Shown here: in pieces, positions 20,329 to 28,252 of the stretch
How positions within the stretch are numbered: position 1 is the first letter of the stretch
Layout: every line of letters begins with the position of its first letter
NCBI GenBank assembly: GCA_964491395.1
Contig: CAZBGI010000008.1
Span: forward strand, 6,176 to 70,175
Direction: 5' to 3'
DNA: 64,000 bases
DNA from: an uncultured Bacteroidales bacterium
GTDB lineage: Bacteria; Bacteroidota; Bacteroidia; Bacteroidales; UBA7960
Notes under the pieces: generated by a model
The model's input: the letters and a program-made list of their open reading frames with translations, nothing else
The model's database searches: none
Told to the model about the DNA's origin: nothing
Position numbers and translations under genes: made by a program

Positions 20329-21696
20329 ATGTATTCCATAATAGACATAGAAACTACCGGGGGCAATCCTTACCGGGATAAAATTACAGAAATAGCCATT
20401 TATGTGCATGATGGCGAAAAGGTGGTGAAGGAGTTTCACTCACTCGTTAATCCGGAACGCAAAATACCTTATTTCATTTCACGAATGACAGGCATTACCG
20501 ATGAGATGGTGGCCAGAGCACCCAAATTTTACGAGATAGCAAAGAGCATCGTGGAAATAACTGAGAATACCATTTTTGTAGCACACAATGTAAGTTTCGA
20601 TTATAATTTTATCAAAACAGAATTTAAAAACCTGGGATACTTCTTTCAACGGGATACTCTTTGCACTGTGAAACTGAGCCGGAAAATCATTCCCGGTAAA
20701 CGATCTTACAGCCTGGGAAAACTTTGCCAGGAACTGGGCATTGACATAGAAGACAGGCACAGGGCCAGGGGAGATGCAATGGCTACTGTAAAACTTTTTG
20801 ACCTGCTGATTGAGCAAAGTCCTTCCGGTTTTACCCATGAAACCCTGGGAATGCAGTTTAACAATCATCCTGTAAACCCCGCCATTACCAGGGAAGTGAT
20901 AGACCAGCTTCCTTCGAAAACCGGTATCTATTATCTCATGGATGAAAACGGAAAGATTCTTTACATTGGTAAAAGCAAGGACATTCGCAAAAGAGTGCTC
21001 ACTCACCTTGGAGGTGCAAAAACAAAACGGGCGCTCGAAATGGTTGAAAAAGTTGCTGCAATAGAGTTTGAAATTACCGGGAGTGAACTCCTTGCTTTGT
21101 TGCGCGAATCGGAGGAAATAAAAAACCATCAACCCTTTTACAACAGAAAGCAAAAAAGATGTTTGTTCAATTATGGATTGTACAGTTACACCGACGATAA
21201 GGGCTACCTGTGTCTGAAGGTGGACAAAACCAGCAATGGTGGGTATATACATACCAGTTTCGCATCGCTGGACAAAGGCAAAGACTTTTTATTTAGCCTG
21301 ACTGAAAAATTTAACCTTTGCCAGAATCTTACAGGGTTGTATGCTACCAAATCGGCCTGCTTTCAATATGCCATCAACCAATGTAAAGGAGCGTGCATAG
21401 GCGAAGAAACACCCGATACGTATAATGCCCGTGTAGAAGAAGCCCTGGCATATGCAGGGTTCATGAAAGAAAACCTGATTGTGATGGACCAGGGGCGTAC
21501 TCCTTCAGAGTCTTCCTTTATTATGATTGAAAAGGGGAAATACCTGGGATATGGTTATGCACAGAAAGAACAACCCTTGTCCAATCCGGAAGATTTTAAA
21601 AATCTGATTTCTGTAGCAGAAGACAATCGTGATACCCGACAAATCATTTCCGGCTTTCTCCGTAACAAAAGAACGGGTAAGAGAATCGTATATTGA
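20329..21696 (+). CDS. DnaQ-like 3'-5' exonuclease fused to a GIY-YIG nuclease domain
   Basis: Start taken at ATG 20329 (MYSIIDIETTGG, the Exo I motif); the track ORF begins at an upstream TTG. Exo II VAHNVSFDYNF and Exo III HRARGDA follow, then GIYYLMDENGKILYIGKS...RV..H and a later E..LI motif typical of the UvrC/Cho-type GIY-YIG. Confidence 0.8.
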   Translation: MYSIIDIETTGGNPYRDKITEIAIYVHDGEKVVKEFHSLVNPERKIPYFISRMTGITDEMVARAPKFYEIAKSIVEITENTIFVAHNVSFDYNFIKTEFKNLGYFFQRDTLCTVKLSRKIIPGKRSYSLGKLCQELGIDIEDRHRARGDAMATVKLFDLLIEQSPSGFTHETLGMQFNNHPVNPAITREVIDQLPSKTGIYYLMDENGKILYIGKSKDIRKRVLTHLGGAKTKRALEMVEKVAAIEFEITGSELLALLRESEEIKNHQPFYNRKQKRCLFNYGLYSYTDDKGYLCLKVDKTSNGGYIHTSFASLDKGKDFLFSLTEKFNLCQNLTGLYATKSACFQYAINQCKGACIGEETPDTYNARVEEALAYAGFMKENLIVMDQGRTPSESSFIMIEKGKYLGYGYAQKEQPLSNPEDFKNLISVAEDNRDTRQIISGFLRNKRTGKRIVY

Positions 21697-21769
21697 TGGC
21701 CAAAAAAACTCCCCCTAAATCCTGTTCTTTAAGGATACCTGTTCTTTAAAAAAGGTGATACTGATGGGA

Positions 21770-22816
21770 TTAGTAAATACTGGTTACAAAAGAAGGAAAA
21801 GGATCGTCAATTTCAGGATTCATAAAGGCCTTGGAGGGAAAAGGATATTTACCACCAAAAATTCCTGCTTCATAACCCACTGAACGATTTTGTCGGCCGG
21901 GAGAGCTTTCGGTAAGTTTGAAGGCGGTGCCTCCCATAATATCATCACCGGGCCAGTATATAAAACCCGGGTCTACTCCTACCCTGTTGTCACTGCCTGT
22001 ATTGTTTTCACCTTCGCATAGATAAGCCGACTCAAAATCAGCTGAATCTTCATAGCATTCTTCCGGTCCGATTTGCGTACCGGAAGTTAGATTTTTTTCA
22101 AATCTACTGTTATAAACCTGTTCCAGAATAAATTCTTCCCGGGTAAAGATATTATTATGTACCTCTGCATTGCTGATGTCTTTCAACCTGCCCAGAATAA
22201 CATTGTTTTCAATGGCAATTTTCCCCCTGTGAAACTCCATAAGAGAATTCATAATGTTGTTCTGGAACATAAAACCTGAGGCCCCCATCTCCTCATTTCC
22301 TTCTTTGCTTCCTCCTTTTACCCAACCTCGGATGATATTATTTCTAAACACCCAGCTTTCTGCATTTCCTACCACTTCAACAAACCACAACCAGTTGCGT
22401 TCTATGGTAATGTTTTCAATTTTCATGGTCTCATCGGCAACAGTAATAATATTGGGTCGCTGACCCGGGAAATAAGGAAACTCAAATCCAATGATGACAC
22501 TTCCGGAGGAGATGGTACGACGATAAGGATTGGCAGTAAACAAAATTCGGCTGATTTTGGCTGTAGATTTACAGTTCAGCCCGTCGGAAAAACCCTCCCC
22601 TATCAATACCAACGGTTTTTCCAGCAAAACATTTCCATAATTCAACGGCGAACCCTTTACAAAAATGGTGTCATGCGGAGCCGCATGTTCAATGGCCGAT
22701 TGAATGCTGCGGAAATCTCTCTCCGTATTTTTTTGATTGGAAACCACGTAATATGCTCCCAAAGAAGTATGGTAGAATGAAAACAGGATAATTATAAATA
22801 GTAATTGTTTTTTCAT
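21770..22816 (-). CDS. Secreted parallel beta-helix protein (hypothetical)
   Basis: 348 aa with signal peptide MKKQLLFIIILFSFYHTSLGA. Repeated NN(I/V) rungs (FRNNIIRG, FQNNIMNS, IENNVILG, VHNNIFT). No T9SS CTD recognised. Confidence 0.6.
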   Translation of the reverse strand: MKKQLLFIIILFSFYHTSLGAYYVVSNQKNTERDFRSIQSAIEHAAPHDTIFVKGSPLNYGNVLLEKPLVLIGEGFSDGLNCKSTAKISRILFTANPYRRTISSGSVIIGFEFPYFPGQRPNIITVADETMKIENITIERNWLWFVEVVGNAESWVFRNNIIRGWVKGGSKEGNEEMGASGFMFQNNIMNSLMEFHRGKIAIENNVILGRLKDISNAEVHNNIFTREEFILEQVYNSRFEKNLTSGTQIGPEECYEDSADFESAYLCEGENNTGSDNRVGVDPGFIYWPGDDIMGGTAFKLTESSPGRQNRSVGYEAGIFGGKYPFPSKAFMNPEIDDPFPSFVTSIY

Positions 22817-22850
22817 TCGAATAATTTTGCATTAATAAGTAATTGTTTCA

Positions 22851-22910
22851 ATGAAACTTGCATAAAACACCTTCTCTGTCCGGTTTCTTGAGCATAGTGC
22901 TTATGCAAGC
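22851..22910. repeat. Palindromic leader element, copy A (CTTGCATAA-N35-TTATGCAAG)
   Basis: atgaaacttgcataa (22851-22865) is identical over 15 nt to 28157-28171. A 9-bp inverted repeat (22857-22865 / 22901-22909) has a 35-nt spacer. The element lies 34-40 nt upstream of the minus-strand start codon at 22816. Confidence 0.6.
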
Positions 22911-23509
22911 TTTTTACGCAAACAAGTTGATTTACGGTATTACAATGCGATTACAGAACGTTACCCGGTTTGTGTATCAAATTCACCAATTATAAAGCGC
23001 TGATATACATGCACATACAAAGTCGTCGCAAGGAATCTATAACTTGTCGAAAATTACAGCCGATTTTCTAATTAAACAATTCGGGTATAACCCTATTTAG
23101 TATGCACTATTCCTCAATCAAACCAATAAGTATATACCCTAAACAATATATACGTGTATTAACGTACAATCGGCACTCAAAATCATTATTGTCCGCTTTA
23201 ATTGTTTCGTATCTACGTAACTCACATGAAGATACATGCTTGCATGCTATAAGCATCTCACCCCATGGTATTAGGCTTTCAGGCAATGCTTATAACGCTG
23301 ACTCCGTCAGGAGCGAAAAGTTTCTGGTTATGAAGTGGGCCCTATGATACAAATCCCTCAGGGATGACACAAATGATAGGCATTTCAAAAAAAACGACTG
23401 TTATTTTAACCGTACCGTAGTGATTCAAAATCCCACCTTTAAAAGAGGTAAAATAGTAAAAGAGCCCATATTTATTTCCTTGCCGATTTTATCTATGCAA
23501 TAAAAACGA

Positions 23510-23517
23510 TACCTTTG
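23510..23517 (+). promoter_or_regulatory. Bacteroidetes -7 promoter box (TACCTTTG)
   Basis: Exact TAnnTTTG match 120 nt upstream of ATG 23637. Confidence 0.35.
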
Positions 23518-23636
23518 TATATCAGATGAAGCAGTAACAAGCTGATCATCTTCCGCTATTTTTACAAAAAAATATCAACCAACCCGTTAACTCAATTTAT
23601 TATCCAAACACACTCTATTCGTTAAACCAACAAATC

Positions 23637-25835
23637 ATGAAATTCTTTACTACTTCATTGCTCCTGATTTTTATCAGTTTTGCAAGCTCAGCACAGGAGC
23701 ATCTCCCTAAAGGACTTACCGACAAAGAAAAAGAAGTTTACGAGCATTACATTCTCAATTTTGAATATGGAGATAAAAGCACGCAACCCCCGGCAACGCC
23801 TCCCCGCACACCGGCAGAGTTTGAAGAAACAGGAGGAATTATCATTACCTGGACATCCTACCAGAACGAGTTGCGCGAAATTGTAAGGCATGCAAAGCTC
23901 AGAGTTCCGGTATATATCATTGCTGATAATCCTTCCAGCGTTCAGTCTTATCTCAACCAGGGTGACGTTGACATGGAAAATATTACCATTTTGCAAATCA
24001 ATTTCAATTCGGTGTGGGTAAGAGACTTTGGCCCCCAAAGCACTTACCTTGCCGACACCGATGAACTGGCTTTTGTGGACTGGGTTTATAACCGCCCTTA
24101 CCGCCCCGACGACAATATGATTCCCATGAATTTGGCCAATCATTTCGATATACCCCTTTACCAGATGACCACCAACCCCAACAGGCTGGTAGCCACAGGA
24201 GGAAATTTTGTGGTAGATGGGCATGGGACAGCCATGTCATCGAAACTTATTCTTACCGAAAATCCCGAGCTGACGGAAGATCAGGTAGATGATATTATCT
24301 ATAATTACCTGGGTATTGACCGTTATATCAAAATGGAGGAGCTCCCTTACGACAATATCAGTCATATCGACATGCACATGAAATTGCTGGATGAAGAAAC
24401 CCTGCTGGTGGGAGAATTCCCACAGGGCGTATCTGACGGTCCCTATATTGAAAACAACCTGAGTTATTTACTGGACAATTACAATACCTGCTACGACAGA
24501 GAATACGATGTGGTTAGAATCCCCATGGTTCCCAGTTCAGGAGGGAATTACCCTCCCAATTCTTCTTACCGAACCTATACCAATTCGCTAATTCTGAATG
24601 ATCTGGTGTTGGTGCCCAGCTACCACAATTCAGCTCTCAACCAGCAGGCCATCAGCATATACGAAGAGGCAATGCCGGGACACGAAATAGTGGGCATCAA
24701 CATGGAAAACGTAATCGGTGCCAGTGGTGCGATACATTGTATTACCCGCGAAATTGCTGCTACGGATCCCATATTTATTTCTCATGCCACCATTCGTGAA
24801 GTAGAAGACTACTATGAAAACTACAGGGTGGAGGCCACCATCAAAAATGTCAGCGGCCTTACCTCAGCAAGTGTTTTCTACAGAACAGGTACAGAAGGAG
24901 ATTTCACCGAAATCGCGATGGAACACCAGGGGGATGACCTCTATGTTGCCTCTATTCCTGCCCAGGCATGCAATGCTACAATACAGTATTACATCAGTGC
25001 CACCAACGCCAACAAGACCATCACCAAGCCTTATACCGGTGCTTCAGGGGCATGGACTTTTGAGTTGGGTGGAGAGGCTGTAAACTTCACTGCCAGTGAA
25101 ACAGTAGCCGGTATTGATGAAGATATTGTTTTTCAGTACCTCGGTTGTCTTGAAGCTGATGACATCACAGAAGCCTTATGGAACTTTGGGGAAGGAGCCC
25201 ATCCGCAAACCGCTGCAGGCGTTGATGATGTTACAGTAACTTATGATACGCCCGGCTACAAAACGATTACCTTATCTATTGATGGAGAAGAGCTGATCAG
25301 AGAAGATTATGTTTCGATAACCGATGTCCAAACCTACGAGCTTAACATTTCTGTAGCAGGAGAAGGTCAGACAACCCCCGCCGCAGGAACTTACAACTAC
25401 GAGGAAGGCTCAGAGATAACTCTTTCTGCTGAGGCTGCACCGGGCTGGTCTTTTGAAGAATGGCAAATTGTGGCTGACGAGGATATGGTTTATGAGCAGA
25501 ATGAAATTGCTGTTACTATGAGTGCAAATATCAATGCAAAAGCGGTTTTCACAGAAACAGGAACTTCAGTTGCTGACTGGCAAAACCAGTTTTTATTTGA
25601 TGTTTTTCCCAATCCTGCCCAAAACCGTTTCAACGTGGTGATGACCCCAACTCCCGGGCCTGTAAACATTGAAGTTTATAACACTACCGGCCAGTGCGTA
25701 TTCCACGACACAGTTTTGGTCAAATACTGGGATCAACAGTTTTTAGTTGATTTGAGTGCTGAAAGTACCGGAATCTACTTTGTGAAAGTATCCTGGGAAG
25801 AAGGAAGTAAGACGCGCAAAGTTATCTTGCAATAA
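23637..25835 (+). CDS. Secreted agmatine deiminase / Porphyromonas-type peptidylarginine deiminase family protein with Ig/PKD-like modules and a T9SS CTD
   Basis: 732 aa with a signal peptide. Guanidino-modifying catalytic blocks: AEFEETGGIIITW, VWVRDFGPQ, GGNFVVDGHG, SHIDMHMKLLDEETLLVG and the catalytic Cys in GAIHCITRE. The C terminus FDVFPNPAQNRFNVV...GIYFVKVS is a T9SS sorting domain. Confidence 0.85.
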   Translation: MKFFTTSLLLIFISFASSAQEHLPKGLTDKEKEVYEHYILNFEYGDKSTQPPATPPRTPAEFEETGGIIITWTSYQNELREIVRHAKLRVPVYIIADNPSSVQSYLNQGDVDMENITILQINFNSVWVRDFGPQSTYLADTDELAFVDWVYNRPYRPDDNMIPMNLANHFDIPLYQMTTNPNRLVATGGNFVVDGHGTAMSSKLILTENPELTEDQVDDIIYNYLGIDRYIKMEELPYDNISHIDMHMKLLDEETLLVGEFPQGVSDGPYIENNLSYLLDNYNTCYDREYDVVRIPMVPSSGGNYPPNSSYRTYTNSLILNDLVLVPSYHNSALNQQAISIYEEAMPGHEIVGINMENVIGASGAIHCITREIAATDPIFISHATIREVEDYYENYRVEATIKNVSGLTSASVFYRTGTEGDFTEIAMEHQGDDLYVASIPAQACNATIQYYISATNANKTITKPYTGASGAWTFELGGEAVNFTASETVAGIDEDIVFQYLGCLEADDITEALWNFGEGAHPQTAAGVDDVTVTYDTPGYKTITLSIDGEELIREDYVSITDVQTYELNISVAGEGQTTPAAGTYNYEEGSEITLSAEAAPGWSFEEWQIVADEDMVYEQNEIAVTMSANINAKAVFTETGTSVADWQNQFLFDVFPNPAQNRFNVVMTPTPGPVNIEVYNTTGQCVFHDTVLVKYWDQQFLVDLSAESTGIYFVKVSWEEGSKTRKVILQ

Positions 25836-25852
25836 TTCTGGTTTATCTTGAT

Positions 25853-25893
25853 AAAAACACCGGATAACTGATTGATAGTTATCCGGTGTTTTT
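25853..25893 (+). terminator. Strong hairpin terminator
   Basis: Perfect 17-bp stem aaaaacaccggataact / agttatccggtgttttt with a 7-nt loop. The T-run is contained in and follows the 3' arm. It begins 18 nt after the stop codon. Confidence 0.75.
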
Positions 25894-26027
25894 ATTAAGT
25901 CTCTCCAGCAAGCCTTCTTTTTTCAATTCATGCAAAACAATTTATGTCATTTGGCATAGAAGGCAAATTCGCACCAGATATCTTTTACACAGGACTCCAG
26001 AACATTTTCATAAATGTGCTGTGAGAT

Positions 26028-26241
26028 CTACAAGGTATCATTGGACGAATTAGATATAATAGCAGGCGTAGTCCACCTTGAATAGTTAAATGTCAAGGTT
26101 TCTCCACCGATTACCTGAAACACCCCCCTTTGTGTATAATAATTATACCAGAAATAATCACCTTGCAGCATCTTTGTCAATCTAATTTCTCCATTTTCAT
26201 CTGGTTTTGATTCGGAGTAAAGACCCATGGTTGAAAGAACA
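26028..26241 (-). pseudogene. Orphan C-terminal gene fragment downstream of the IS stub
   Basis: Part of track ORF 26028-26339. The readable tail ..GLYSESKPDENGEIRLTKMLQGDYFWYNYYTQRGVFQVIGGETLTFNYSRWTTP.. has no credible start or promoter of its own. It abuts the truncated IS3 OrfA. Confidence 0.3.
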
Positions 26242-26448
26242 CTATCCATGTCTTTCTTTTGACTTGCTGTCAAAAACATTGGCAGCTTTGGATAAAAATT
26301 CCTTTTTCCAATTAGAAATAACATTAGGATGAACCTCAAAGCGTCTTGCCAGCTCTGACAGGCTCTCCCGCTCTTTGATGGCCTCTAAGACTACCTGAGT
26401 TTTAAAAGCTGAACTGAATTTTCTTCTCGTTTTTTTCATAGTTTCCAC
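26242..26448 (-). mobile_element. IS3-family insertion sequence remnant (OrfA helix-turn-helix fragment only)
   Basis: METMKKTRRKFSSAFKTQVVLEAIKERESLSELARRFEVHPNVISNWKKEFL is the typical N-terminal HTH of IS3-family OrfA. It stops after 68 codons. No OrfB/DDE transposase or second inverted repeat follows. Confidence 0.75.
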
Positions 26449-26493
26449 AAGTAAAATTAATAAGGTTTTTCCACTTTAGCTTGTGGTCTGAAT

Positions 26494-27735
26494 TTAGGGG
26501 AGTATTATAGTTTGCACCCAATATCCTCCACCTATTGACATAGCTTCACCCTGCGGATGTACAATATTTGCATTAGTTGCATCCCAATTCATATAGAGAT
26601 ATTTTTCAGCTCTATAAATAATCTGTGAACCCATAATAGGGGTATTTGTATTACCATTAAAATATTTTTCATTTTGTTGCTCTTTTGATTCTTCAAGTAT
26701 ATAAGATGAATCATTATAAATTTGATTTTCTCTTTCAAATAAATCATTTTTATCGAAATCAAAAAGTTCCTGAGGATAGTCAAAGTCGAAGGCTTTGTCA
26801 ATATCAGACGAATTTATTTCTCCATAAGTGTGTTTTAATACTACAGCATGTGTTGGTTTAGTGAAAAGCTGATAAATAGTGTTATCGAAAAATTCAATTG
26901 AATTATACTGCGAAGTAAAATAAATATGAGGCATATCAATGCTGTTATTGATTTTATTATTTATCCTTGAATAAAAAACCAATTTGCATTGAAAGTTTTT
27001 ATCTTCTTCCGGTGTTAAATGAATTACTACAAACGCAAAAAAGTACTCATTGCCTCCAATATATTTCATATCGGTTGTATAGTCCCAATCAAAAGATATA
27101 GGATACTTTTTTTGTGGGCTTTCTGAAGATATAATCTCAAAATTAGTTTTTCCGATTTTATCAATCTTTATTATATGACCCTTTTCATCAAAAACCCCAT
27201 CCATAATGGTTTCATCTTGTTTCTCAGGTGAGAGAGAATACCCATTTTTTATTAATGTAAATGTAGATCTATAACCACATACAACATTGAGATTATCGTC
27301 TATGACTTGCAATTGAACAATTCCTTTCCGGCTAACATTTCTTGAAACAGGGATTTTTTTGATTAATTTGCCGTCTCTTGATAAAACCATGATTTCACCT
27401 TTATTGTTATCATAAAGATAAAATAATTTCAATTTTTCAGAATAACGGAAAAGTTGACAAGAAGAGTTCTTATCATAACTAAATTGATATGATAAATTTT
27501 TGGTTTTTAAATTATATATTTTAATTTTATTTTCAGTTTCACAAAGTACGGCAACCTCATTGTCACTTATTATCTGAAAGCTGGATATACCATAATTCCC
27601 GCTAGGAAGTTTCTCAACTTTACACCCATCCTCGATATTCCATGGTATTTCAATGACTTTTTCCATTACTCTTTCAGAAAACCCATTAAATCCAATGAAG
27701 AGGAGGAAAAGCGTTAATATATATTTGTTTTTCAT
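26494..27735 (-). CDS. AT-rich hypothetical exported protein, possibly 3'-truncated by the IS insertion
   Basis: 413 aa with signal peptide MKNKYILTLFLLFIGFNGFS. Strongly AT-biased codon usage compared with neighbours. It ends ..SIGGGYWVQTIILP* about 45 nt from the IS3 stub. Confidence 0.5.
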   Translation of the reverse strand: MKNKYILTLFLLFIGFNGFSERVMEKVIEIPWNIEDGCKVEKLPSGNYGISSFQIISDNEVAVLCETENKIKIYNLKTKNLSYQFSYDKNSSCQLFRYSEKLKLFYLYDNNKGEIMVLSRDGKLIKKIPVSRNVSRKGIVQLQVIDDNLNVVCGYRSTFTLIKNGYSLSPEKQDETIMDGVFDEKGHIIKIDKIGKTNFEIISSESPQKKYPISFDWDYTTDMKYIGGNEYFFAFVVIHLTPEEDKNFQCKLVFYSRINNKINNSIDMPHIYFTSQYNSIEFFDNTIYQLFTKPTHAVVLKHTYGEINSSDIDKAFDFDYPQELFDFDKNDLFERENQIYNDSSYILEESKEQQNEKYFNGNTNTPIMGSQIIYRAEKYLYMNWDATNANIVHPQGEAMSIGGGYWVQTIILP

Positions 27736-28156
27736 GTGTTTGATGTATCTTCAGAAAAAACCTCTCTGTCTCCTGCAAATAGGTGTCAGTGAAGTCTTTG
27801 AGCTTACTGTATGACTCGGTTGAAAGGGGTAAAAAATGCTTATGGATTAATTCTTTTAGACGATTCTGATGCGCTTTCACTATTTTTTCATTCAACATGT
27901 ACGTCCCGTTTGTTATTAATACATTGACCTGGCTTTTATTTTCTAAAAATAAGACAATTTTTTGATTAAAAAATCGGGGTTAACGGTTTAATTAGTAAAA
28001 TTGTAGATTATTAGCGGTGGGATGAGCAAAATTAAGTCTTTTTGCAACAAGGATGCTAACGGAAAACAAAAAGAAATCGTATTCTTAAGGTTCATACAGT
28101 ACTACATAAAAAACACAATTCTAATCAAACACAGTATCATTAATTATTTCTGACCT

Positions 28157-28217
28157 ATGAAACTTGCATAAGCGCTGCGCTCTCCAAATATAAACAGTAA
28201 GCCCGGTTATGCAAGTT
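28157..28217. repeat. Palindromic leader element, copy B (AACTTGCATAA-N35-TTATGCAAGTT)
   Basis: Perfect 11-bp inverted repeat (28161-28171 / 28207-28217) with a 35-nt spacer. It lies 35 nt upstream of ATG 28253. The first 15 nt are identical to copy A. Confidence 0.6.
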
Positions 28218-28252
28218 CCTTTTAACCAATTAATTATTAAAATTTTATCCTA

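Noticed and set aside
20479-21252. 257-aa minus-strand ORF
   Set aside because: Antisense to the exonuclease/GIY-YIG gene, which has clear catalytic motifs. The composition is typical of a shadow frame.
21721-21749. Direct repeat cctgttctttaa (21721-21732 and 21738-21749) between convergent genes
   Set aside because: It is a short 12-nt duplication in a 73-nt spacer, most simply part of a weak terminator or a chance repeat. No further copies were seen.
23102-23347. 81-aa ORF inside the 820-bp intergenic region
   Set aside because: No promoter or start context, odd composition, and it spans the hairpin repeats. Treated as non-coding.
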